In this document: positions 19,993-30,191 of the stretch, piece after piece
Layout: each line of letters starts with the position of its first letter
Position numbering within the stretch: position 1 is the first letter of the stretch
Origin: Nitrosopumilus sp.
GTDB taxonomy: Archaea > Thermoproteota > Nitrososphaeria > Nitrososphaerales > Nitrosopumilaceae
NCBI GenBank assembly: GCA_965214775.1
Contig: OZ243974.1
Span: forward strand, 320,001-384,000
DNA length: 64,000 nt
Direction of reading: 5' to 3'
The notes under the pieces: model-generated
Database searches by the model: none
What the model was told of the DNA's origin: nothing
The model's input: the letters and a program-made list of their open reading frames with translations, nothing else
Program-made: the position numbers and the translations under genes

Positions 19993-20250
19993 TATCTGAC
20001 ATCATACTCCCTCCTGTCTGCCCGTCAATAACGGTTTCCTCCTTGGGCATCTTTCTGAGAAATGCTTGGGAGGACGTCTCCTGGTTGTCCCAGTCCGGCG
20101 ACCTGTGGGGCCTGTCGTGATTGTACCACTGCATGAACAGGTCTATCGGGTCACTCTTTCTCATCATGATCTCCTCGAACTCGTGCAGTTTGCGCTGGAT
20201 CTCCCCGTGGAGGCGCTCGACCTTTCCGTTGGTCTGTGGACGTCCTAGGC
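19993..20250 (-). pseudogene. IS481-like integrase-core C-terminal fragment
   Basis: RPQTNGKVER, WYNHDRPH.S motifs. Confidence 0.8.
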
Positions 20251-20340
20251 CTGTAGTCAATACATAAAAAATGGAATATGATTTTAACACATCGTGCCTA
20301 TTTCACCAAAAAAATATTCCATTTTCAACTGCATGCACTA

Positions 20341-20413
20341 GAGCAGAAATAATTGAGGTTTTTTACGTGTAGCTATGACCTGCTTTGACTCAAAGACTTC
20401 TGCCCGTTGCTAT
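20341..20413. mobile_element. MITE family H copy (one end truncated)
   Basis: Matches the reverse complement of 21965-22043 and matches 49537-49618. Confidence 0.8.
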
Positions 20414-20417
20414 ATCA

Positions 20418-20703
20418 CAAAAATCCGTGGATACTTTTGAAAAGTTCGTTGAAGAGAACAAAGATGAACTGGCTACACTGGAAATCATATACTCCAAGCC
20501 ATACAGAATGCGCGATATTACCTTTGATGACATAAAGAATCTGTCAAAGGCAATACAGACGCCTCCCTACTCGCTAACGCCGGAGTTGCTGTGGAGTGCA
20601 TACGGGAGACTGGACAGATCCAAGGTAAGGAGGAATCCTGTAAAGAAGCTGACCGATCTGATATCCATCATAAGATATTCCACCGGAAAGCAGGACATGC
20701 TGG
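20418..20703 (+). pseudogene. type I restriction HsdR (EcoEI-R C-terminal-like) fragment
   Basis: F.KF.EENKDEL.AL.IIYSKPY, LWSAY..LD.SKV, LTDLIS.IRY pattern; bounded by MITEs. Confidence 0.7.
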
Positions 20704-20814
20704 GTAACAGGTCGGGCTCTGGAAGTTCAGGCGCGAGTTTTGTTATCTCGGGGAGGCCTCCCATGTAGATTCGTGCCTAAAATCAGGAACAGCTTCCAGA
20801 GCCCGACCTGTTAC
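20704..20814. mobile_element. MITE family D copy
   Basis: Perfect TIR gtaacaggtcgggctctggaag / cttccagagcccgacctgttac. Confidence 0.9.
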
Positions 20815-21330
20815 GTAAATCTTGCAAAAAAACACGAAATATTCACGAAGGTTTTAGATCTTGTCTGTAGATCCGACATTACGCTGGTCAACGTAATTAT
20901 TTTCAAAGACAGGATGAAGGACAAATACGTAACTCCAAAGCCATTGGAATATTCCTGGACTCTTATTGTCGAACGTTTTGAGTATTTTCTAAGACAGAAA
21001 CCTAAAGAGACCAACAACGGATTGCTTTTCGTAGACGCCAGTCAAAAGATTCCAGAGTCGGAAATCAAAGACATAGTTTGGAGGCTGGTTAGAACAGGCA
21101 GTTTGTGGCAACGAGTTGAGCATGTTATCGAAGATCCGATTTTCACCAAATCACATTTGCGAAATTTGATTCAGCTTGCAGATATGATCGCATATGTAAT
21201 TCACAAGCATTACAAAGGCGATCCCAAATTCGCAGATTGGTTTGAGATGTTAAAACCAAAAATGTATCAGCCTAACGGAAAATTGCATGGTTTTGGCATC
21301 AAAGAATTTCCTGACTGGTATAAACAATAG
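20815..21330 (+). pseudogene. DUF3800-family protein, N-terminally truncated
   Basis: LIVERF, LLFVD, IEDPIF..S....IQLADMIAY motifs. Confidence 0.8.
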
Positions 21331-21596
21331 CAGGAAGCAGGTCCACACAGATGCAGAGTACTACTTCCCTACAATCGCACCGATGCGATTCTTACCGTAT
21401 TATGTCATCTTGCCATATATTTTCTTTTTGTATGTGACAGCTAAGTGAAAAGTACCCCAGTCAGGCAGAAAATCAAGGAATTAGACCGTCTTGACAACAC
21501 TATCAGATGCAAACAGATCAATTAGGGTGCGGCCCCGTGGTTTTCGTTGAAGCAAAAATCCAGACAGTGCCGCGATCTTGAGAACAACCCGCGCAT

Positions 21597-21690
21597 ATAT
21601 AGTGAAAAACACAAGTTCGTGAAATCCTAGACTTGATTCCGAGGCATTCCATGATGTCTTGATCTTCACGAACTTTTGTTTCACACTATA
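21597..21690. mobile_element. MITE family F (TA-flanked, single copy here)
   Basis: Imperfect IR tatagtgaaaaacacaagttcgtgaa / ttcacgaacttttgtttcacactata. Confidence 0.6.
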
Positions 21691-21964
21691 TGAACATGTT
21701 GCAGATGGTAGTTTGTTGCATAACCCTTCCTAAAATTTGAAACTTTACTGAAAATCACCGGAATGATCAACTAATTCTGACCGAAAAAGTAATGGATCAT
21801 GAGGATGCCTCGTATGGTATACATTGACACACACGGACAATGCAAAGTACGTAGAGAGAGGGGCAGGCCTGGTCGTCAAGTACAACCCGGACTGGGAGAA
21901 GGATCTCAAGGCTGCCAACCGCCACAAGGAGGGCGCCCCGTTCCTGTACGCAGAAGGCATGATA

Positions 21965-22043
21965 TAGCAACGGGCAGAAATCTTTGAGTCAAAGTAGGCC
22001 ATAACTACGCGTAAAAAACCTCAATTATTTTTGCTCGTTGCTA
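21965..22043. mobile_element. MITE family H (79 bp, TA target duplication, IS630-like)
   Basis: TIR tagcaacg(g/a)gca; TA at 21963-64 and 22044-45; removal restores EGMIMAAAALRTAF. Confidence 0.9.
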
Positions 22044-22383
22044 TAATGGCCGCAGCCGCCCTCAGGACCGCATTCATGCTAAAATACAGGCAGCTGTCAG
22101 GTATGCTCGGGGAGATGCTAAAGGGTGCGGACTCGCCGTGTTACACCACGATATTCAGAAGGATACAGAAGCTTGACGTCGACATTGCAGAGAACATAAT
22201 CACGGTGCGCGACAAGACCTGTAACCTAGTCATGATAGCTGACGCCACGGGCCTCAAGCAGCACAACCGGGGCGAGTGGATACGCAAGAAATGGAAGGTA
22301 AGGCGAGGATTCGTCAAGATGCACCTGATGGTTGATGCAGACACCAAGCAGGTGCTGGCAGTATCTGTCACAAGTGATGCAAT

Positions 22384-23868
22384 AGACTTTATGCGTAATT
22401 GGAAAATCTGATCTAAAAATACAACACAACAGATCATGGTTTGCATACCTACAACCATAAAGATCAGTAATGGTTCTCTAACGGTATGGGTTCAGATGTC
22501 GAGCTTGTCCAAACACTGCAAGAGCAAAACAAGAGTTTGGTAGAGCAAAACGAGCATCTGAAGAGCAGGCTTGCGTTTGAGGACTCGTTGTGGCAGTCCG
22601 AAGAAAACAAGACAAAAAGAGTCGTGCGCGGCGGGACGCCTCTGCGGATGCACGCAATCGAGGTTGCAGACGGCATAATCGGCGATCCGGTGCGCCTTCG
22701 CAACGTCACGGGATGCACAAAGGAGTCATTTGAGATCATACTGGAGCGCTTTACGGAAGAAGTCATGGACGACGAGGACAGACCCCTGTTCTGGGAGGAC
22801 GACGTAAGAGGCGGCGATGCCGGAAACCGGTGCAAGCTGTACATCAGGCACGCGCTGCTTGCAGTACTCATGAGCATAAGGACCAAGGCAACGCAGCATC
22901 ATCTGGCCGCAACGTTTGACGTCGACCAGTCCACAATGTCCAGGTACCTCCGGTACGGTGCCGTGTTACTGCGCCAGATCCTGCCTGCCTCCGAAAAGCT
23001 AACAAGCATCATCTGCAAGACCCCGGCAGGCAAGCTGGAGGAGGTGCTGATCCCAAAAAAGACGCTCCTGATTGACGGCACCCTGACTCCGGTAGACAGG
23101 CCCGGGGACAGGACCGCAAGAAAGACCAGATACTCGGGAAGAAAAAAGCGGCACATGTTCAACACGATAATTACCTCGAACCTGGACGGCCTCATACTGC
23201 ACTGCGGCAAGACTGTGGACGGAAGCGTCAACGACAAGGGCGTGATGAACGCAGGGGGCGGCCCGGACTTTGGAAGGCACACCGGATCAATGAGGAATGC
23301 AAAAAACGCAGACGATCCGGAAGAGGCGTTTGTGATTTACAGCGACCTGGGATTTGAGGGCATTCAAAAGATGCTTCCGGGCGCCATACACAGGCAGCCC
23401 CCAAAGAAGCCCAGGGACGGGGATCTTACTGCAACGCAAAAGAGGCGCCGCAAGCAGATAAGCAGGGTTCGCGTCAGAGTGGAGCACCACATAGGACGGC
23501 TCAAAAGATATGGCATTCTTACCATGCCGTTTGGCGGAACTGCCAAGGATCTCAATTATTTCATGCAGATAATCACGGGTCTTGAGAACCTCAAGACGAT
23601 GTTGAAAAGGAAAAAACACTACGGCCGGCTGCTGCAGCAGCTGCATCTGCTGCCAGACACATGACATACGGCGGTACGGACCGCCATTCTTTCTGACTTG
23701 TCAGCGGGGCACATTGCCGTGCTGCATGGTTGCGCACGTTCTTTTGGCGCAACTGACTTTTACGTGCGTCATGACACGAGATGCATGCGGTAATTTGATC
23801 CGATCAGCGCATTTGCGTTTGGAAAAGCCTACGGAATTTTTAATCACGGTCGATTACGCATAAAGTCT
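22384..23868 (+). mobile_element. IS5-family ISL2-group element, intact, nested in the outer IS5
   Basis: TIR agactttatgcgtaat / attacgcataaagtct; 3-bp TSD aat; removal restores VSVTSDAIGDS. Confidence 0.92.
22486..23664 (+). CDS. DDE_Tnp_4 transposase with HTH
   Basis: LAATFDVDQSTMSRY HTH; IDGT, YSGRKKRH, SDLGFEG, RVRVEHHIGRLK. Confidence 0.92.
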   Translation: MGSDVELVQTLQEQNKSLVEQNEHLKSRLAFEDSLWQSEENKTKRVVRGGTPLRMHAIEVADGIIGDPVRLRNVTGCTKESFEIILERFTEEVMDDEDRPLFWEDDVRGGDAGNRCKLYIRHALLAVLMSIRTKATQHHLAATFDVDQSTMSRYLRYGAVLLRQILPASEKLTSIICKTPAGKLEEVLIPKKTLLIDGTLTPVDRPGDRTARKTRYSGRKKRHMFNTIITSNLDGLILHCGKTVDGSVNDKGVMNAGGGPDFGRHTGSMRNAKNADDPEEAFVIYSDLGFEGIQKMLPGAIHRQPPKKPRDGDLTATQKRRRKQISRVRVRVEHHIGRLKRYGILTMPFGGTAKDLNYFMQIITGLENLKTMLKRKKHYGRLLQQLHLLPDT

Positions 23869-23904
23869 AATCGGCGACAGCACGGAACTGCCGGCACTGC
23901 TTGA

Positions 23905-24090
23905 GGATGCAGTCAAGAACATCAAGAAGGAAGAGGAGGAAGAGGAGCAGAACCGCACCGACAGCGCGGATGCAGTCAAGAACATCAAGAAGGAAGAGGA
24001 GCAGAACCGCACCGACAGCGCGGATGCAGTCAAGAACATCAAGAAGGAAGAGGAGCAGAACCGCACCGACAGCGCGGATGCAGTCAAGAT
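23905..24090. repeat. 54-bp tandem repeat x3 in the outer IS5 transposase
   Basis: Encodes (DAVKNIKKEEEQNRTDSA)3; the first copy has three extra Glu. Confidence 0.93.
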
Positions 24091-24662
24091 CCCCAACATG
24101 CTTGCAGACGGGACATAGCCGCTGGCTGTACTCGGTACCGGCGCGAATCCAGATATACCGGGAAAGATCCTGCTTGCAGACGGCGCATACGGCTCAAGGA
24201 AAAACGTAGCCGAGTGTCACAAACGCGGCATAAAACCGCTCATACGGCTTTTGACAAGTTGCAATGCAAGGGGCAAGGGCACCGGCGACAAGTGGGGCCG
24301 GCTGGTGCGGTGGCAGCTCGGGGGCGGCCCCGAGGTGCCTGTGGGTGATCTCTCAAAGGAGGAAAGACAGGAGAACCTGCGGTACTGGAAGAGCACGGTC
24401 GGCTTTGGCAGCAGATGGATCGTCGAGATCGTGATATCGGCCATAAAGCGTATGTTCGGCGAGTGCGTAATGGCCCTCAAGTGGTCCAATATAGTGCAGG
24501 AAGTAAAGCTGAGGATATGGCTGTACAACAAGTGGATTGCAGAGGCGGTGGCTGCCGTGTAGGAACCGGGCGCCGGTCATGATCCGGGCGGACTGACTTG
24601 GCTCTAGTCGGAGTTATGTAACAAACTAGGCAACCGCAGAACTTTATATAATTCAGCGAGGA

Positions 24663-25061
24663 ATGATCACTGTGATTACCCCACATGATGCACGAAGATT
24701 CATAGACAGCACTGGTGCCGATTACGGACAGGATGTCGTTCTGCCTGATTGCATAGACACAAGTGAATGCCAAGAGTTCTTTGGTACAAGGTGTCCTGAC
24801 AATGTTCATGTCAAGAGTGACAGAACAGCGCACGTAGACAGGGCAGACCCACGCGACGACCCGATCGGGCATCTCAAATATGACGTGGGCGTTCCGTATG
24901 CCGTAATGGCAGCTCCTGTGGGCGCCATGATCGGTGCCGCGGCAATGAAACGTAACAGGAAAAACGGTGCCCTTGTAGGAGGAACCATCGGTCTCGTTCT
25001 GGGCATGGTTGCAGATACCGTAAATAATTCTAAAAACCACAACAGTTGGAGCTTGACATGA
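24663..25061 (+). CDS. hypothetical protein with C-terminal glycine-zipper hairpin
   Basis: APVGAMIGAAA...GALVGGTIGLVLG. Confidence 0.65.
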   Translation: MITVITPHDARRFIDSTGADYGQDVVLPDCIDTSECQEFFGTRCPDNVHVKSDRTAHVDRADPRDDPIGHLKYDVGVPYAVMAAPVGAMIGAAAMKRNRKNGALVGGTIGLVLGMVADTVNNSKNHNSWSLT

Positions 25062-25186
25062 TGGAGGACGTAGATTTTGAAATCCAGTACAAGCCTGAAA
25101 GATACTACAGGAGTTCCAGGCATTATTATGATGATGACGATGGTGAGCTGGATTTGGATGGCCTGAGCCTAAGCTCTCATTCCTAG
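25058..25186 (+). CDS. 42-aa acidic peptide
   Basis: Read by hand: MMEDVDFEIQYKPERYYRSSRHYYDDDDGELDLDGLSLSSHS*; ATGA overlap upstream, ends 8 bp before the next ATG. Confidence 0.5.
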   Translation: MMEDVDFEIQYKPERYYRSSRHYYDDDDGELDLDGLSLSSHS

Positions 25187-25194
25187 AAAACACG

Positions 25195-26198
25195 ATGCCT
25201 AGCTTTAGCGAGATTCAAAAGGAGATACTGGAGGAAAGGGCTCCGGAAACCAAGCATGATACGGTCTGAATCTGCGGCCCAATATGCAAATATCGCAAAA
25301 GAAGGAGGAAAGGGCTCCGGAAACCAAGCATGATACGGTGAGAAGAAGATATCTTGCGAAAATGTCCGAAAAGACAGGCAGAAACACAATACTGTACTAC
25401 TCGGGATGGCTACAAAAGCCGGTCAGGAGCATTTCCGCGTTGACGTCGATCAGCGACAATGACAAAAATGGCTTTATGAGTGTAATACGAGGACTGGATG
25501 TCTCCAAAGGTCTTGACATAATACTGCATACCCCCGGGGGAGACATAGCAGCTACGGAATCCCTCATAGACTATCTTAACCAAAAATTTCACGGAGACAT
25601 GAGGGCGATTATCCCACAACTTGCCATGTCCGGTGGGACGATCATAGCTTGTGCGTGCAAGGAAATAGTGATGGGAAAGCAATCCAGCCTGGGACCCATC
25701 GATCCGCAGATAAACGGGCTGGCCGCATCTGGGATCGTGTCAGAATTTTATCATGCAAGCAAGGAGATGAAACATGACAGAAGCAAGATCAACGTGTGGG
25801 GACCGATCATATCCAGTTATCCGCCATCACTTGTTGAAAACTGCAAGAAGGCGATATCCTGGTCCAAGGAGCTTGCGTCAGACTACCTGTCCGGCTCCAT
25901 GTTCAGAGATGATTTAAAGCTCGATCATGGTCCAGTCCAGCAAAAAATTGATGGCATCATACGCCTTTTGACGGATCAAAACATGACCAAATCACATTCA
26001 AGACACATACCAATGCCGGTATGCCAAAATACCTGATTGAAGATAGTAGAGATGGAAAAAGATCATGATCTGCAAGACATCATTCTCTCGGTACACCACG
26101 CCTCAGCACTGACAATTATGAACACGCCTACTGTCAAAATAATAGAAAACCAGAACGGGCAGGCATACATTTCTGGATATTCCAAGACGCCTGCGTGA
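25195..26198 (+). pseudogene. SDH/ClpP-fold (S49-like) serine protease, disrupted
   Basis: YYSGWLQ, LILHTPGG, AMSGGT, SSLGPIDPQ, HSRHI; 74-bp insertion near the start and an in-frame TGA at 26034-36, with the frame continuing to 26198. Confidence 0.85.
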
Positions 26199-26279
26199 TA
26201 TTGGCAGGCAGAGTCTGCAGTTTTTGACCACTGTAACCTTTCAGACAAGCTCCAGTTTGACATGACCATTACGAGGCAA

Positions 26280-27511
26280 CTTCCTGCGTCAATCCTAGAG
26301 AAGATTGATTCGATTTTTGTGACGATGCGGTGTTGTTCGTTGAGGGGCGGAAGTAAAACAGGAATCATTTTCATACGTGCTTGATTTAGTTTTAGTCTAG
26401 TTGTACCGGTAACATACTCATGATAGTCAAATTGATTCAAGAAAAAACAGAGAAATCGATTATGTAGTATCTCGTTGATTCCCTTTAACACGTGAGCATG
26501 GTTGTTTACCCAGCTTTTTCCAGAAATTAAATATGCTTTGTCTTTAAGTCTGTCTAAAAACGGTGCTGCATCCTCCCCCAATAATGTCAGCTCTTCATCA
26601 AACAGATAATCATCTATCCATCCAACTTGCCCAGTTGAGCCATAATACGGTATATTTCCCTGCCTTTGTTTACGTTCACTGGAGTTTATGGGTATTCTTC
26701 TGCTGTCTAAGATTTCTACACAGTTTTTTAATTCTGTCCTAATCCATCCCTCTGGAAGATTGTCTTTTTCAATGATCAACTCTTTTCCAGAACCCTCGTG
26801 AATTCTCTTCAACAAAACTTCGGCCGGCTCGTCCTTGGCATCCTGCGGAACCAGCCTTCCCTCAAAGGCCTGCTTGAGCACGCTGCTTCTCAGCTGCGCC
26901 AGGCTTCCGGAGGCGGATCTGGCATGCACGGACAGCGCCTCCAGCTTTTCTTTTGCCGCATCAATCTGTGCGAAGATTGATTCTACTTTTGTGACGATTC
27001 TCTTTTGTTCATTGAGTGGTGGAATATTAATTTCTAATTTTTTAATGACTGATTTGGGAATTTCTTTGAAGGTGGTGCCAGTAGCTTTCTCAACGAGTAA
27101 TTTTCTATTTGCCCATAACCAATATGCCAGAAAATAATTATGAACCATCTTCGAACACACAAAAGATGCAAATCCTTGATTTGTAGTAACTTCTGTCCCA
27201 GAAATTGCGACATACCCTATGCTTGCTCTTGATGTTAAAAGAACCGCATTTGAAGGTGTCAATTTTGCAGAGCTCTTTGCCAATCCCAATTGAGTAATCT
27301 TTTCCTTTGATGTATTGATCTTTGTGATTTTCTCTTTAGGAATTTCTGTAGGTGTCAGCCAAATAACGTCTCCGTCAAAATATTCTGAAATTTTTCTTGA
27401 CGGGGTACCTCCACCTATAAGATCACAAATGTTTTCCATTTCTATCCTAATCCATCCTTTTGGAAGATTGTCTTTCTCAAATTCTGTGTTCTTCTGATGA
27501 TGACTGCTCAT
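26280..27511 (-). pseudogene. hsdS: type I R-M specificity subunit HsdS (two TRDs, final helix truncated)
   Basis: LPKGW, GGTP, SRASIG, PPLNEQKRIV x2, SVLKQAFEGRLV; homology ends at FSRIDA (about 26285), ORF runs on to 26063. Confidence 0.88.
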
Positions 27512-27711
27512 TGTTTTTCTGGGGATTGGCTCTTGTTCCAGATCTGAATCTGTCCGCCATAGATCCCGTCATCATACACTATCGGCGGAACCTGTGCATA
27601 GAACCCGCTTCTGCCGGAACTAAACGTCTTTGGAGCCATCGGAACCTCATACTCCTTGCCATCAGGCATCTTTATTGTAGCAAACGCCATTTTTGGTTTT
27701 TCTTCAGACAT
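27508..27711 (-). CDS. 67-aa protein with a KTFSSGRSGFY motif
   Basis: ATG 27711; stop overlaps the hsdS start (ATGA). Confidence 0.65.
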   Translation of the reverse strand: MSEEKPKMAFATIKMPDGKEYEVPMAPKTFSSGRSGFYAQVPPIVYDDGIYGGQIQIWNKSQSPEKQ

Positions 27712-27987
27712 ACCTACACCATCACGCTTGTACAAATAACTCTTGCCAACCCGCTGTTTTTGAAGATGTAAGGTGGCAGGCAGGCATGCATGCAGGCATG
27801 CATGCAGGCAGGTAGGCAGGCAGTCTTGGAAAGCGTCAAGTCCCGGGATTTTGCGGGAAGCGCTGTTTTGCAAGCCCGGCGGCTGACACGGAAGAGAAGA
27901 ACTTCACAAGCCGTCATACGGCATCATAACAAACCCAAATGGCCTCCTCAAAATAGGTATAAAGCAAAGGGACAACAGCTCTAGCAC

Positions 27988-29775
27988 ATGACGCACAGAG
28001 TCGGGGTCTTGGATCACGAGGTATGCCAGCCCAAAAAATGCGGCCTAGAATGCATAAAGTACTGCCCGGTAAACAAGTCAGGTGCCGACTGCATCATACT
28101 CAACGAAGAAACCAAAAAGGCCCAGATTGACGAGGACATCTGCAATGGATGTGGAATATGCGTCAAGGTATGCCCCTTTGATGCCATTACAATCGTAAAC
28201 CTGGCAGGCGAGCTGGCAGCTGACAAGGTTCACCAGTACGGCCCAAACTCGTTCAGACTGTACAGGCTCCCGACCCCAAAGAAAGGAGAAGTCGTAGGGC
28301 TTCTCGGAAGAAACGGGATGGGAAAAAGCACCATAGTCAACATTCTCTCGGGAAACCTAAGGCCGAATCTGGGAAGGCATGAAGATCCGCCAGAATGGGA
28401 CGAGATCCTAAAGTATTACGGCGGAACAGAGCTAAAGCAGCATTTTGAAAAAATCAGGCAGGATCAGATCCGCGCCTCGATAAAGCCCCAGCAGGTTCAT
28501 CACATTGCACAGGCATTTGACGGAACGGCAAGAGAGCTGATTGAAAAATATGACGAGAGGGGCGTGGCAGACAAGCTAATCAGAGAACTGGGACTGCAAA
28601 ATTCCGTAGAGCAGGGCCTCAGGGAGCTGAGCGGCGGCGAGCTGCAGAGAATTGCCGTTGCCGCAGCAGCCTCAAGGGATACGGAGTTTTACTTTTTTGA
28701 CGAGCCGTCCTCCTACAACGACGTGTTTCAGCGGACAGGCGTTGCAAGAGTAATCCAAGGCCTTGCAAAACTTGGAAAGAGCGTCATGGTAGTAGAGCAC
28801 GATCTGACGCTGCTTGACTTTCTTAGCGACTACATCGAGGTGCTGTACGGGGAGCCGTCGGCATACGGAATCGTCTCAAACGTCCTCTCGACCAAGGTCG
28901 GCATCAATGTCTTTCTTGACGGGTACCTGCCAAACGAAAACGTCAGGTTCAGGGACAAGGCATTCTCCTTTGACGTCTCATCTACTGCCGCCGGCGAGTT
29001 TCAAGAGGGCAGCGAAATCATCAGATACCCGAAACTGGCCAAGGAATATCCCTCGTTCTCAGTCGAGATCGATTGCGGACAGGTAAGAAAGGGCGAGGTC
29101 CTAGGCATGATGGGTGCCAATGCCCTTGGAAAGACAACAATGATGAAGATGATCGCAGGCCTTGAAAAGCCGGACTCGGGCAAGGTGGACAAGAAGATCA
29201 GGATTGCATACAAGCCGCAGTATCTTCAAAACGACGTCGATCTGGAGGTCGTTGAACTGCTGGACAGGGCAAACGGAAGCCCCGTGGAGGGGAGCCTCGA
29301 GGAGGAGCAGATCCTAGACCCACTGAAGATAAAAAAGCTGTACACCAGATCAGTGAGAAACCTCTCGGGGGGGGAGCTTCAGAAGGTGGCCGTCGCATCC
29401 TGCCTGCTGCAGAAGGCAGATCTTTATGCGCTAGACGAGCCGTCGGCATTCCTGGACGTGGAAGACAGGATTGCCGTTGCAAAGTTCCTGCAAAAGTTCG
29501 TGCGCTCCTTTGGAAGATCGGCCATCGTAATCGATCACGACCTGCAGCTGATGGATCTGATCTCAGACTCGATGGTGATCTTCGAGGGGGAGCCGGGCGT
29601 GGCAGGCAGGGCAACGTCGCCCCTGCCAAAGGCAGGCGCGATGAACAGGTTCCTGAGATCACTTGACATGTCGTTTAGAAGGGACGAGAAGAGTCTGCGT
29701 CCGCGCGTAAACAAGCCGGAAAGCAGGCTGGACAAGGACCAGAAATCCTCCGGGAACTTTTACTACAAGGCATGA
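27988..29775 (+). CDS. rli: ABCE1/Rli ribosome-recycling ATPase
   Basis: N-terminal Fe-S Cys cluster, two NBDs (GRNGMGKS, LSGGELQ x2, DEPS), terminal FYY. Confidence 0.97.
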   Translation: MTHRVGVLDHEVCQPKKCGLECIKYCPVNKSGADCIILNEETKKAQIDEDICNGCGICVKVCPFDAITIVNLAGELAADKVHQYGPNSFRLYRLPTPKKGEVVGLLGRNGMGKSTIVNILSGNLRPNLGRHEDPPEWDEILKYYGGTELKQHFEKIRQDQIRASIKPQQVHHIAQAFDGTARELIEKYDERGVADKLIRELGLQNSVEQGLRELSGGELQRIAVAAAASRDTEFYFFDEPSSYNDVFQRTGVARVIQGLAKLGKSVMVVEHDLTLLDFLSDYIEVLYGEPSAYGIVSNVLSTKVGINVFLDGYLPNENVRFRDKAFSFDVSSTAAGEFQEGSEIIRYPKLAKEYPSFSVEIDCGQVRKGEVLGMMGANALGKTTMMKMIAGLEKPDSGKVDKKIRIAYKPQYLQNDVDLEVVELLDRANGSPVEGSLEEEQILDPLKIKKLYTRSVRNLSGGELQKVAVASCLLQKADLYALDEPSAFLDVEDRIAVAKFLQKFVRSFGRSAIVIDHDLQLMDLISDSMVIFEGEPGVAGRATSPLPKAGAMNRFLRSLDMSFRRDEKSLRPRVNKPESRLDKDQKSSGNFYYKA

Positions 29776-29809
29776 TGATGATTCCAGGCAACACCAATTA
29801 AACACCGCC

Positions 29810-30191
29810 TGCAAGATGGGTGATCCGATCAGACCGCGCTGATTTTTCAAGCGGTTTTGCAGATAACTCGTGTTTTGCTGATGTTTTGAGCTGTCTTGGG
29901 GGTTGTCGCCTAATTCATCAGAATTCCTGAAAAACATCGAGGGTACGAGTTTACCACTTGGACGTCACTGCTGTCTGAAGCCTTCATGATCACGCCTGCC
30001 ACGCCATATCTCAGGTGAGTGGTAAACTCGTACACATTGAGGTGCCACGCGGATCAGGTGTGCAAAAGGGCAGAAATTCAGAAAAATGTGCAGATTGAGT
30101 CAAATAGACGGAATTAGGCGACAACCCCGCTGTCTTGTGCAATCGCTCACAGGCAATCAGAATCTGTTGATTTCGGATCACCTCCTATCAG
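29810..30191. mobile_element. triple-nested MITE stack: family A > family B (29899-30128) > family C (29943-30033)
   Basis: B TIR ggggttgtcgcctaattc with TSD gctgtcttg x2; C TIR gtacgagtttaccact with TSD acatcgagg/acattgagg; flanks rejoin as a degenerate A copy. Confidence 0.88.

Larger units (their letters stand above)
21706..24630 (+). mobile_element. IS5-family (IS903-like) element, inactivated and carrying nested insertions
   Basis: TIR tagtttgttgcataac / gttatgtaacaaacta; transposase pieces ADATGLK..NRGEW...KW, LADGAY, RWIVEIVISAIKRMFGE over 21799-24562. Confidence 0.85.

Noticed and set aside
20385-21330. ORFs 20385-20768 and 20740-21330 as intact genes
   Set aside because: Their starts lie in MITEs; they are HsdR and DUF3800 fragments joined at a family D copy with no TSD
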